Positions 1 through 15,578 are shown, counted from the stretch's first letter. The stretch is DNA of 32,000 nt from Escherichia coli (GCF_002787215.1 NZ_CP024851.1); one strand, 5' to 3'. The notes: generated by a model not told the origin, from the letters alone. A program made the numbers and translations.

Positions 1-643
<643 letters not shown>

Positions 644-666
644 TTAAACACCAGCAAACAGGAGGG

Positions 667-1380
667 TTATCGCTGAACCAACGTCGTTATCTGATTTACA
701 GGAACGGCAGGCCACAGGCATCCCTGGAGAGCATGGAAATCAAAGGGGGTAATCTGTGCCATTATTTCTGGCGTATCAATGCCCCCCGCGATGATGCAAT
801 TGCAACAAGGGGAAATTTGCGCCTGGATCGCACGAATAAACGGTTCGAAGGAGCGATGCGTGATTTGTTGCTGAATAAAACTTTTATCCAGCATGACGCG
901 GGTGAAAAGACCATCAAAAACCGCTTTCATTGTGCTATTGCCTGCGCCCAAATTACCTAACACAAGGGGATACATTTGCGATAAGGACAAAAGATCGCGA
1001 TTATCTTTTCCTTCATTGAGATGCGGGTAATTCTCATTAATCAACAGTTCAATAAACGGATATTTTAATAGTTCGCCCGCGTAATTATCCCTGTCTAATA
1101 ATAAAGTAGCCACTTGTGGGGTTAAATTAAGCCAGGCAAAGAGTTTATGTTGAATAAAAAAGTGTTGGCATGATTTTAGCAATTCCAACTGCTCAGAAAA
1201 TAATTGCCAATGTTGCTCCTCGGTAAGTTGCGCTATAACCCGACTCGTCGGGATACGAACCGTACCATCTTCACTGGAGAAATGGGTAATTAACTCAACG
1301 CCGACAAGGTCTTGCTGGTTATCTCTTATCGGCAGGAAATAGCAATCAGAATGATAAAGATTCTCCAAAAAAATCTTCAT
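667..1380 (-). CDS. ydiV: Degenerate EAL-domain protein, anti-FlhD4C2 factor YdiV (RflP)
   Basis: 237-aa ORF, MKIFLENLYHSDCYFLPIRDNQQDLVGVELITHF..., EAL-like fold with degenerate motifs; position next to nlpC and selO. Confidence 0.93.
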   Translation of the reverse strand: MKIFLENLYHSDCYFLPIRDNQQDLVGVELITHFSSEDGTVRIPTSRVIAQLTEEQHWQLFSEQLELLKSCQHFFIQHKLFAWLNLTPQVATLLLDRDNYAGELLKYPFIELLINENYPHLNEGKDNRDLLSLSQMYPLVLGNLGAGNSTMKAVFDGLFTRVMLDKSFIQQQITHRSFEPFIRAIQAQISPCCNCIIAGGIDTPEIMAQITPFDFHALQGCLWPAVPVNQITTLVQR

Positions 1381-1626
1381 GGTAACCGTCCCTCTCGAAG
1401 GATGTTTTTCAGTATCCGGTTAAAAGGGATGAGGCCATAAGACATAACAATTACAGAAGGAGTAACTTTCATTTGTTCCATGTTAACCACTTTTTCAGGG
1501 GTCCTTTTATTAGATTATCCTGATTATAAACGAATAATCCATTTACGGAATTTTTGTCTGTAAAATACTACTGTATTCAGGAGTAAATGGACGGAGATGT
1601 ATCATCGCCGTCCATTTTTCGACATA

Positions 1627-2091
1627 CTAGATTCGTCTCGCCTGCCAGAAATTTTTCTGCCAATAGACATTATCGAGTGAGGAACGCATCACTCCCTTGC
1701 TGGTAGAGGCGTGGATAAATTGGTTGTTGGTATCGTAAATACCTACATGCAAACCATTTTGTCCGGAGCCCGTTTTGAAAAAGACCAGGTCACCAGGCAG
1801 CAACTCGTCTTTATCAATTTTCGTGCCGATAGAGGCTTGTTGTTTGGTTTCACGGGGCAGCTGCAAATCGAAACGATCGCGCATCGTCACAACCACAAAC
1901 CCCGAACAGTCCACACCGCGCCGCGTCATGCCACCATAACGATACGGCGTGCCATGCCAGCTCTGTAGCTGGTCGTTCAAACCGGCAATAACGGTAATCG
2001 AATCAGAAAGTCTGGCATTTGGCGGCGGTGCTTTATGGTGGCTACACCCGGCCAGAAACAGTGCTGTGATCAAAATAAGGCAGAAACGCAT
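1627..2091 (-). CDS. nlpC: NlpC/P60-family lipoprotein peptidase
   Basis: 154 aa; lipobox LFLAGC, GTPYRYGGMTRRGVDCSGFV catalytic Cys motif and HVGIY His motif. Confidence 0.95.
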   Translation of the reverse strand: MRFCLILITALFLAGCSHHKAPPPNARLSDSITVIAGLNDQLQSWHGTPYRYGGMTRRGVDCSGFVVVTMRDRFDLQLPRETKQQASIGTKIDKDELLPGDLVFFKTGSGQNGLHVGIYDTNNQFIHASTSKGVMRSSLDNVYWQKNFWQARRI

Positions 2092-2168
2092 TCCGTACGG
2101 TTCCTCTGTTTTTTATTCTTGCATTAATTTAGCGTCTTAATTACCCGATTTTCAAGATACTAATGAAA

Positions 2169-2918
2169 TCAGATGGTCGAAATCAGCATTCGGTGACCTT
2201 CGATATCCAGACGGCGAAAATTCATCCCATAGGCCTGCGCCAGATTTGGCGGCGTGAGCACCTCTTCTCTGCGTCCACTGGCCAGCATTTTTCCACCTTT
2301 TAGCAACCACGCCCGATGCGCATGACGCAATGTGTGGTTGAGATCGTGACTGCTCATCACAATCGCCAGTCCTTGCTGACACAGCGCGCTCAGAATTTTG
2401 TCTAACGCACTTTGTTGCGCAACATCAAGACTGTTCATCGGCTCATCAAGAAGCAGCAATTGACCTGCGGGATTGGCTTGTGGTGTGATTTGCAGCACCA
2501 CCGCAGCAAGACGTACGCGTTGCCATTCACCGCCGGAAAGTTGATTGGTGCTACGTCCGAGTTTGTCATCAAGAGCCAGCGCCCCTGCGACATCATTCAG
2601 TAGTTCGGTACGCGTTTTATCGTGCTGATGCAGTGTCAGGTAGTGCCAGACCGGCATTGCAAACGGTGGCGTCTGTTGTTGTGAAAGATAGGCGCGATGC
2701 AGCGCGAGTTTTGTTGCGGACCATGCTTCCAGTGGTTGCCCCGCGAACTGAATGCTTCCCTTACCGCTGGTCATTCCGGCCATTCGCGCCAGTAAGGTAC
2801 TCTTACCCGCGCCATTCGGCCCCACCAGATGCAGGATCTCCCCTGCCCGAACCTCGCCAGAAAGCGGCCCCAGGCGGGTAGATTCCGCAACATCCTGTAA
2901 CTGCATCACAATAGACAT
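2169..2918 (-). CDS. btuD: Vitamin B12 ABC transporter ATP-binding protein
   Basis: 249 aa; Walker [10 protein letters not shown], signature LSGGEWQR, Walker B LLLLDEP; adjacent to btuE/btuC. Confidence 0.97.
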
Positions 2919-3469
2919 TATTTTGCCAACGCCAGTTTAATGCTTTCCATCACAATGGGATCTTCCGGCGTCATATCCGGGGAAAAACGCTGGATGACCA
3001 ATCCGTCCCTGCCAACTAAAAATTTCTCAAAATTCCATAAAATATCATCAGGGTACAGCGGTGCACGACCTTTGCTGACCATACGGGCATAGAATCCGCT
3101 CTCTTCCGGCGCGACTGCGGTCGGCGCTGCGGCAATCAATTTTTGATACAGCGGATGGCGTCCTTCGCCATTAACTTCAATCTTACTGAACATCGGGAAC
3201 GTCACCCCCCATGTGGTGGTACAGTAAGTTTTAATCTCTTCATCGCTGCCCGGTTCTTGTTCCAGAAACTGGTTGCACGGGAATCCCAGCACCACAAAAC
3301 CTCGATCGGCCCAGGCTTTCTGAATATTCTCCAACTGCTCATATTGCGGCGTTAAGCCACACTTTGAGGCGACATTGACAATCAACAGCACATTACCGGC
3401 GTACTTCTCCAGCGTGGTCACTTCACCGTCGATATCTTTCACTACGGTCGTCAGAATGGAATCTTGCAT
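2918..3469 (-). CDS. btuE: Glutathione peroxidase-family protein BtuE
   Basis: 183 aa; [32 protein letters not shown]; stop overlaps the btuD start. Confidence 0.96.
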
Positions 3470-3531
3470 CGTTTCTCCTGGGTGTGGTCAGTAAAAATCT
3501 TAGCTTTTAATCATAGACCGTCTTTTTGCGG

Positions 3532-4512
3532 CTAACGTCCTGCTTTTAACAATAACCAGATAAACACCGGCGCACCCAACGTTGCGGTGACCACGCCAAT
3601 AGGCAGCTCTGCGGCAGCTAATGCCAGGCGCGCTACAATATCGGCCAGCAGCAATGCGCTCGCCCCTGCCAGCGCGCAGCCGGGAAGTAATACGCGATGA
3701 TCGGTTAAACCACACAGCCGGAGAATATGTGGGATAACCAGACCAATAAAGCCGATAGCACCCGCCAGCGCCACACTGACGCCAACCATCCAGCCGGTCG
3801 CTGCCACCAGCACATTGCGCCAGAACCACAGGGGTAAACCCAGTTGCCGCGCCGAGATCTCGCCAAGTGCTAACATATTCATCGGCCTGGACTGACAACA
3901 GATCCACAACAACACGGGGATCAATGCCAGCATCAGCCAGCTTTGCCGCCAGTCTACGCCGCCAAAACCGCCCATCATCCAGTACATCAGCTGACGTAAA
4001 TCAACAGAGGTGGAAAAGTAGATAGCCCACGTCATTAGTGCGCTACAGATAATCCCTAATGCAACGCCAGCCAGCAATAACCGACTGGTCGAAAGATGAC
4101 GACGGGCGAAACGTAAGAGTATTAAAGTGATGATAAGCGCGCCAGCAATCGCACACAGCCCTAGTGCCCAGTTTGGGAGTTGCCCTTGCCCAAGCAACAC
4201 CGCGGCGATAAGCCCTACGCCTGCGCCGTTAGAGACGCCAAGTAGTCCAGGTTCTGCCAGAGGATTTTCAAACAACGCCTGCATTACTGCGCCGGATATA
4301 GCCAGCGCCGCACCAACCAGCAATACAGCCAGCGTACGTGGCAGGCGAATTTGCCAGACGAACAGTTCGCCACGAGGAGTAGACCAGTCACCGGGCGAAA
4401 TCCATTGTTCACCGGCGCAAAGGCTTAAGAGAAGCGCCAGCAGCATCAAAACTGACAGGCATAATAACCAGCGAATATTTTGTCGCTGTTGTTGGCGGGC
4501 AAGTGTCAGCAT
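3532..4512 (-). CDS. btuC: Vitamin B12 ABC transporter permease (FecCD family)
   Basis: 326-aa hydrophobic protein with FecCD motifs ([48 protein letters not shown]). Confidence 0.97.
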   Translation of the reverse strand: MLTLARQQQRQNIRWLLCLSVLMLLALLLSLCAGEQWISPGDWSTPRGELFVWQIRLPRTLAVLLVGAALAISGAVMQALFENPLAEPGLLGVSNGAGVGLIAAVLLGQGQLPNWALGLCAIAGALIITLILLRFARRHLSTSRLLLAGVALGIICSALMTWAIYFSTSVDLRQLMYWMMGGFGGVDWRQSWLMLALIPVLLWICCQSRPMNMLALGEISARQLGLPLWFWRNVLVAATGWMVGVSVALAGAIGFIGLVIPHILRLCGLTDHRVLLPGCALAGASALLLADIVARLALAAAELPIGVVTATLGAPVFIWLLLKAGR

Positions 4513-4574
4513 GGTATCCGTTCTGCTGAAGTGTCATGGCGTTGATTTTACGGTGACTCTTCGACAGTGAAAAG

Positions 4575-4601
4575 AAAAAAGGCCGCAAAGCGGCCTTTTT
4601 A
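4575..4601 (-). terminator. Rho-independent terminator of ihfA
   Basis: Reverse strand AAAAAGGCCGC-TTT-GCGGCCTTTTTT immediately downstream of the ihfA stop. Confidence 0.9.
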
Positions 4602-4612
4602 GTTAGATCAGA

Positions 4613-4912
4613 TTACTCGTCTTTGGGCGAAGCGTTTTCGACCCGGCTTTTTAACTTCTGCCCGGGTCTGAAGGTCACCACGCGCCGTGCTGTAATGGGA
4701 ATATCCTCGCCCGTTTTCGGGTTACGTCCCGGGCGTTGATTCTTATCACGCAGATCGAAGTTACCAAAACCAGAGAGTTTCACCTGTTCGCCGTTTTCCA
4801 GAGCGCGACGGATCTCTTCGAAAAACAGTTCAACCAGTTCTTTGGCATCCCGCTTGCTAAGCCCAAGCTTATCAAACAGATATTCTGACATTTCAGCTTT
4901 TGTAAGCGCCAT
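4613..4912 (-). CDS. ihfA: Integration host factor alpha subunit
   Basis: 99 aa; [35 protein letters not shown]...[33 protein letters not shown]. Confidence 0.98.
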
Positions 4913-4916
4913 AGGT

Positions 4917-7307
<2,391 letters not shown>

Positions 7308-7318
7308 CTATTCCTGCC

Positions 7319-8344
<1,026 letters not shown>

Positions 8345-8368
8345 TTAATTTTTTCAAAACGCGCATAC

Positions 8369-8393
8369 AAAAAAAGCCTCCACTGGGAGGCTT
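8369..8393 (-). terminator. pheST attenuator terminator
   Basis: Reverse strand AGCCTCC-CAGT-GGAGGCTTTTTTT between pheM and pheS. Confidence 0.9.
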
Positions 8394-8440
8394 TCAGGCG
8401 CTGTTTTCCGTTTCTCTTCTCACGCGCTAGCCTCCTGGAG

Positions 8441-8485
8441 TCAGGTGCTAAAGTAAAAAAAGAAGCGGAAAATAGCAGCATTCAT
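8441..8485 (-). CDS. pheM: Phe-rich leader peptide of the pheST attenuator
   Basis: Reverse strand ATG AAT GCT GCT ATT TTC CGC TTC TTT TTT TAC TTT AGC ACC TGA = [14 protein letters not shown] (5 Phe in 14 residues), directly upstream of the attenuator. Too short for the ORF track. Confidence 0.96.
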
Positions 8486-8572
8486 TGCTTGCGTTACCTT
8501 TTGGTACTTTTCAAAAGACCTTTATTGAAAAGGCTACGGCGATAAAAGTCAATGTTTTGATGGCGTTGAAAC

Positions 8573-8600
8573 GAAAAGAGGGAGACTAGCTCCCTCTTTC
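8573..8600 (-). terminator. Terminator-like hairpin after rplT
   Basis: Reverse strand AAAGAGGGAG-CTAGT-CTCCCTCTTTT next to the rplT stop. Confidence 0.75.
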
Positions 8601-8607
8601 AACTGGC

Positions 8608-8991
<384 letters not shown>

Positions 8992-9017
8992 TTAAAAAGT
9001 TAAAAAACGTTAACGGC

Positions 9018-9239
<222 letters not shown>

Positions 9240-9311
9240 TTAATAAACGAAACAAAGGCGAACAATGCCTGTGAAGCCCAAAGGCTCCACAGACAGTGCT
9301 ACTTGAAGGCC

Positions 9312-9857
<546 letters not shown>

Positions 9858-11786
9858 TTATTCCTCCAATTGTTTAAGACTGCGGCTGCGAATCTCTTGT
9901 TGCAGCTTCTCGATCACTTCATTTACGTCCATGCTTCCCAGGTCTTTACCACGGCGGGTGCGAACGGCAACTTTGCCTGATTCCACCTCTTTATCACCAC
10001 AGACCAGCATATACGGGACGCGACGCAAAGTGTGCTCGCGGATTTTAAAGCCAATCTTCTCATTTCTCAAGTCTGCTTTAACACGAATGCCCGCATTTGA
10101 TAGTTTTTGCGTCAATTCGTTAACGTATTCAGACTGTGAATCGGTAATATTCATGATAACAACCTGAACCGGCGCAAGCCAGGTCGGGAAGAAACCAGCG
10201 AACTCTTCGGTCAGGATACCGATGAAACGTTCCATCGACCCAAGAATTGCGCGGTGAATCATTACCGGTACCTTACGCTCGTTGTCTTCGCCCACATAGG
10301 AGGCGCTCAGACGAGACGGCAAGGAGAAGTCCAGCTGTACTGTACCGCACTGCCATGCACGATCGAGGCAGTCATACAGGGTAAATTCAATTTTCGGACC
10401 GTAGAAAGCGCCTTCACCCAGTTGATATTCAAACGGGATGTTGTTTTCTTCCAGCGCAACCGCCAGGTCCGCCTCAGCACGATCCCACATTTCGTCGCTG
10501 CCAATACGTTTTTCAGGACGAGTGGAGAGTTTGACGACGATCTTCTCGAAGCCAAAAGTGCTGTACATATCATAGACTAAACGGATACATCCGTTAACTT
10601 CATCGCGAATTTGTTCTTCAGTACAGAAGATATGCGCGTCATCCTGGGTAAATCCACGTACGCGCATCAGGCCATGCAGCGAACCTGACGGCTCGTTACG
10701 GTGGCAGCTACCAAACTCGGCCATACGCAGCGGCAAATCGCGATACGACTTCAGCCCCTGGTTGAAAATTTGTACGTGACCCGGGCAGTTCATCGGCTTA
10801 ATGCAGTATTCACGGTTCTCAGAAGACGTGGTGAACATTGCATCTTTGTAGTTGTCCCAGTGACCGGTTTTTTCCCACAGGACACGGTCCATCATGAACG
10901 GACCTTTAACTTCCTGATACTGGTACTCTTTCAGTTTAGAACGAACAAACACTTCCAGTTCACGGAAGATGGTCCAACCGTCGTTGTGCCAGAAGACCAT
11001 ACCCGGCGCTTCTTCCTGCATATGGTACAGGTCGAGCTGTTTACCGATTTTACGGTGGTCGCGTTTCGCGGCTTCTTCCAGGCGCTGCAGGTAAGCGTTA
11101 AGTGCTTTTTTGTCTGCCCACGCCGTACCGTAAATACGTTGCAACATTTTGTTGTTGCTGTCGCCACGCCAGTAAGCCCCTGCCGTTTTCATTAGTTTGA
11201 AATGATGGCAGAAACGCATGTTCGGTACGTGCGGACCGCGGCACATATCGACATATTCTTCATGGAAGTACAGACCTGGCTTGTCATCATGGGCGATGTT
11301 TTCGTCAAGAATGGAGACTTTGTAGCTCTCCCCACGGTTGGCGAAAGTTTCACGCGCTTCGTGCCAGCTGACTTTCTTCTTAATGACGTCGTAGTTTTTC
11401 TCAGCAAGCTCATGCATCCGCTTCTCGAGTGCTTCGACATCTTCCTGGGTTAACGTGCGGTCAAGATCAACGTCGTAATAAAAACCGTTGTCAATAACCG
11501 GGCCGATTGCCATTTTGGTATGCGGCCAAAGTTGTTTAATCGCGTGCCCTAACAGGTGCGCACAGGAGTGACGAATGATCTCCAGACCTTCTTCGTCTTT
11601 GGCGGTAATGATCGACAGTTGTGCGTCGTTTTCAATCAGATCGCAAGCATCAACCAGTTCGCCATTAACGCGCCCTGCGATACAGGCTTTCGCCAGACCT
11701 GGACCAATGTCCAGCGCAACATCCATGGGGCTTACAGCGTGGTCGTAATGGCGTTGGCTGCCATCAGGAAGAGTTATAACAGGCAT
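9858..11786 (-). CDS. thrS: Threonine-tRNA ligase
   Basis: 642 aa; [48 protein letters not shown] (TGS domain), [16 protein letters not shown] editing motif. Confidence 0.99.
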
Positions 11787-11807
11787 TTTATATCCTTATT
11801 TGCAGTG

Positions 11808-11904
11808 GTGACCCACACGAAAGATCACATACAAAGAAAAATTTGTTTATTAACAGTTCATTGCGAAACCATCTAGCCAACAAATGCTAAATTGGTTCGC
11901 AATC
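11808..11904 (-). promoter_or_regulatory. thrS mRNA operator (translational autorepression; tRNA-Thr-mimicking hairpins)
   Basis: Reverse strand: GTGATCTTTCGTGTGGGTCAC hairpin (11829-11808) whose loop carries CGU (tRNA-Thr anticodon-like), and a second imperfect inverted repeat ATTGCGAACC...GGTTTCGCAAT (11904-11861) upstream. Confidence 0.75.
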
Positions 11905-12308
11905 AGGTACACAAATGAAAGACATTAACCTCTCACCTTCCACCCGGTGGAACGATGTTAACACTAAAAAAAGGGAGATTGTACCTTTCCGTTTCACATT
12001 GATTCGATTCGCAATTCGTTTGTAGTGAGTACACCAGCAAAACGCTTAAAGAACCACTGATAACATCACGGAGCGTCTGAAAGGTTTACTGCGAGCGGAT
12101 TTGCAGCAGCATAAACTGAATCCAGCAAAGTTCGTTGCGTGATTTGGCGGTACTATTTAAACGATCATAAGATTAATGACGAAGTGGTCATATCACAATG
12201 ATAAAAGTGACACAATTCTTATAGCAATTTTTCGTGCACATTTCGTTCTGGCGATAATAATTAATCATCATCCTCAAAACCTCCAGACATATATAAGGCG
12301 AATAGATT

Positions 12309-14207
12309 ATGAGTCAAAACGACATTATTATCAGAACTCATTATAAGTCTCCTCATAGAATGCACATCGATAGCAACATACCAACGCCTTCATCAGAGCC
12401 TATTAATCAATTTGCGCGCCAACTCATCACCCTACTTGATACCTCTGACTTAAGTTCGATGCTGTCATACTGTGTTACTCAGGAATTTACCGCAAACTGT
12501 CGAAAAATATCACAAAATTGTTATTCCACTGCCCTTTTTACCATTAACTTTGCCACTTCACCCATCCATGCAGAAAATATACTCATTACATTACACTATA
12601 AAAAAGAAATCATTTCCTTATTACTGGAAACCACGCCTATTAAAGCTAACCATTTGCGAAGCATACTGGATTATATTGAACAGGAACAGTTAACTGCCGA
12701 AAATCGTAACCATTGTATGAAACTGTCTAAAAAAATCCATAGAGAAAAAACTATACAACCAACAGTAAATCTCAATGGTAGTGCATTTTTTTTGCAATCT
12801 CCTTCTGACGCTATTTTTTGTCGCCATCTGTCATTGCAATACGCCCTTGATTCACTGAGAAATGGAAAAGGCAAAGTCAATCTGATTAAACATTACTCCT
12901 CCGTTGAATCCATACAGCAGCATGTCCCCTTAGTCCGGGACGCGGAGTTCAGATCATTACTTCGCCATCCTCCTGCAGGGAGTCGCGTTATCGCGAGTAA
13001 GGATTTTGGCTTCGCTTTAGATATTTTCTTCTGTCGAATGATGGCAAACAATGTCAGTCATATGTCCGCGATTTTATATATAGACAATCATACTTTGTCA
13101 GTAAGGCTACGAATAAAGCAGTCAGTGTATGGGCAATTAAATTATGTTGTGTCCGTTTACGACCCGAACGATACCAACGTTGCCGTCAGAGGCACCCACA
13201 GGACAGCACGGGGCTTTCTCTCGCTTGATAAGTTCATCAGTTCAGGTCCCGATGCTCAGACCTGGGCTGATATGTATGTTCGCAACTGTGCAATTGCTTT
13301 TCTGCCCCTATTACCTGAGGGAGTTCCAGGGGCTATTTTCACGGGTATCGCGACACGAATGCCATTTGCCCCTATACATCCATCGGCAATGTTGTTAATA
13401 ATGGCCACAGGCCAGACTCAACAGCTTATTACATTATTCAAACAGTTACCCATACTCCCTGAAAAAGAAATCATTGAAATAATAACTGCGCAGAATAGCG
13501 TTGGTACACCTGCTTTATTTCTGGCTATGATGAACGGACATACTGACAACGTAAAAATATTTATGCAAGAAATTCAGTCACTGGTAGATAATCATATCAT
13601 TCATGAAGATAATCTGGTTAAATTACTGCAAACTAAAAGTGCTAACGAAACACCTGGACTCTATATCTCCATGTTGTATGGATTCGATGAAATAATCGAT
13701 ATCTTTCTGAATGCATTAACCACTCCAATAACACAAGAGCTTTTAAGCAAAAAAATGGTGATGGATATTTTAGCAATGAAAACACGTGATGGTGAGCCAG
13801 GATTATATGCCGCAATGGAAAATAATCACCCTTTGTGTGTCACACGGTTCCTCTCTAAAGTTTATGGAATCGCTGTTAAATATAACCTCAGCAAAATTAA
13901 CATTATGGATTTATTAAAAGGCGCAACAGCACATGGAACCCCTGCTTTATACATCGCCATGAGCAAGGGTAATAAAGACGTCGTGTTATCTTATATATCA
14001 ACGCTGGGTACTTTTGCAAAAAAATATTCTTTTAGTCAATGTCAGTTATTCACATTGTTGGCCGCTAAAAATCATGACAACATGTCAGCTGTTCATATAG
14101 CCATTCATCATAATCATTATAAAACTGTAGAAACATATTATGCTGCTATAAACGTAATCAGCCAAAGCCTGAGTTTTAGTGCTGATGAACTAAAGACGTA
14201 TTTATAA
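12309..14207 (+). CDS. arpB: Full-length ankyrin-repeat protein ArpB with ShET2/OspD/EspL-like cysteine protease core
   Basis: Uninterrupted 632-aa ORF between thrS and yniD. Motifs: [13 protein letters not shown] (Cys171, codon 12819-12821), [13 protein letters not shown] (His261, codon 13089-13091), [13 protein letters not shown] (Asp285, codon 13161-13163), then about 5 ankyrin-like units ([80 protein letters not shown]). Confidence 0.88.
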   Translation: MSQNDIIIRTHYKSPHRMHIDSNIPTPSSEPINQFARQLITLLDTSDLSSMLSYCVTQEFTANCRKISQNCYSTALFTINFATSPIHAENILITLHYKKEIISLLLETTPIKANHLRSILDYIEQEQLTAENRNHCMKLSKKIHREKTIQPTVNLNGSAFFLQSPSDAIFCRHLSLQYALDSLRNGKGKVNLIKHYSSVESIQQHVPLVRDAEFRSLLRHPPAGSRVIASKDFGFALDIFFCRMMANNVSHMSAILYIDNHTLSVRLRIKQSVYGQLNYVVSVYDPNDTNVAVRGTHRTARGFLSLDKFISSGPDAQTWADMYVRNCAIAFLPLLPEGVPGAIFTGIATRMPFAPIHPSAMLLIMATGQTQQLITLFKQLPILPEKEIIEIITAQNSVGTPALFLAMMNGHTDNVKIFMQEIQSLVDNHIIHEDNLVKLLQTKSANETPGLYISMLYGFDEIIDIFLNALTTPITQELLSKKMVMDILAMKTRDGEPGLYAAMENNHPLCVTRFLSKVYGIAVKYNLSKINIMDLLKGATAHGTPALYIAMSKGNKDVVLSYISTLGTFAKKYSFSQCQLFTLLAAKNHDNMSAVHIAIHHNHYKTVETYYAAINVISQSLSFSADELKTYL

Positions 14208-14373
14208 CCAGACATTTATATATCGATACATAATTTTATTTTTTTCATAAACCGCAAAAACAGTGATCAGGTGTACAACGCCACCCGACGGCTGTAATAA
14301 CAAAAAATCCCTTGATGCCTTTCCCTTTTGTTACACTTCGTTATCACGCACAAGAGATATGCAGGACACTGGT

Positions 14374-14481
14374 ATGCCGACTAAACGCTTTGATAAAAAA
14401 CACTGGAAGATGGTGGTGGTGCTACTGGCAATTTGTGGCGCTATGTTGTTGCTACGTTGGGCAGCAATGATTTGGGGCTGA
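14374..14481 (+). CDS. yniD: Small single-pass membrane protein YniD
   Basis: 35 aa MPTKRFDKKHWKMVVVLLAICGAMLLLRWAAMIWG, in frame in the C-terminal part of the 14263..14481 ORF; charged N-terminus plus one TM segment. Confidence 0.85.
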   Translation: MPTKRFDKKHWKMVVVLLAICGAMLLLRWAAMIWG

Positions 14482-14533
14482 GCAGTGACAAACGAAGACA
14501 GCCAGACCGCATAACACGGTCCGGCAGATAATT

Positions 14534-15292
14534 TTACATGCTGTAGCCCAGCGATAAGGTTGTCCGACGATCGGTATGTTCCGGTGCAGACTCTGGAGGT
14601 TCAGAGTTCCATGTGACGTTGTAAGCCACCTTCAGTCCAAAATGTTCATTAATAGCAACATTTAATGCGCTTTCGGAGTTCAGCGTTGTGTCTTCCGCGC
14701 CAAAGACGGAAACACCCTGCGTAAATTTAGCGTTGTCAGTCAACTGCCATGCATAAGCCCCGGAGGCATAACCCAGCGGCTGGGTTTCACTGGCATTATC
14801 GGTATATTTGTCGTAACGCACACCTGGACCGAATTCAAAGCGGAAACTGTGGACCGGGCCATTCAAAAACTGGCGACCATAACCCGCGGTCAACACATCG
14901 CGCTCTCGATAGCCGTTATAACGGTCTGTCAGCCAGCTTGCCTGCCCAAATAAATAGTCATAATCAGTTAAATTAAAACGGCTACGCCCGCCCGCGGCAT
15001 ATTTTTCTGAAGAACGCTCATCATTAGAAGAAGTATTACTGGCGTTCCCCCACAGCGACCAGGCAGTGGTTTGTCCATACCAGGTCATGGTGGTGTCAGC
15101 CGTAAGTGAGGAGCTTTTCGTATTGCCTGATTGTGCAAGATATCCTGCGTTCAGATTACCTTCGAAAGGTTTTTTAGCGCTGGCAGGATCGTCCATGACA
15201 GTAAAAACGGAATCATCGGCAGCTGCATTCAATGACGCAAACATGCCCCCCGCCAACATAACGATGGCAGGAACTGTCTTCAAAAGCTTCAT
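14534..15292 (-). CDS. ydiY: DUF481-family outer-membrane-like protein YdiY
   Basis: 252 aa; N-terminal signal peptide (MKLLKTVPAIVMLAGGMFASLNAAADD), alternating beta-strand pattern, LGYSM C-terminus. Confidence 0.9.
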   Translation of the reverse strand: MKLLKTVPAIVMLAGGMFASLNAAADDSVFTVMDDPASAKKPFEGNLNAGYLAQSGNTKSSSLTADTTMTWYGQTTAWSLWGNASNTSSNDERSSEKYAAGGRSRFNLTDYDYLFGQASWLTDRYNGYRERDVLTAGYGRQFLNGPVHSFRFEFGPGVRYDKYTDNASETQPLGYASGAYAWQLTDNAKFTQGVSVFGAEDTTLNSESALNVAINEHFGLKVAYNVTWNSEPPESAPEHTDRRTTLSLGYSM

Positions 15293-15578
15293 TTATCAAG
15301 AGTCCGTACAACAAAAAAAGAGACCATCGCGGTCCCGGAAACTTTCTTAAGGATCAAAGATTAGCGTCCCTGGAAAGGTAACGAATTATAAAAAGGCTTG
15401 AATAACTTAGCAATGTATTCTTATTTCATTTTTTGAATAAGCATGTGAAGAAAACAGATTTTTATTTATATATATTTATCTGCAAAATTTTAAATAAAGC
15501 TCTAATAAATCATATTGTTAATTTCTTCCCTTTCCGCTGATTCGGTGCCAGACTGAAATCAGCCTATAGGAGGAAATG

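Noticed and set aside
3500-3907. 135-aa minus-strand ORF overlapping btuC
   Set aside because: Same strand but out of frame with the clear BtuC permease; frameshifted reading with no domain.
10701-11195. 164-aa plus-strand ORF inside thrS, and similar smaller ones nearby
   Set aside because: Antisense shadow of thrS with no independent evidence.
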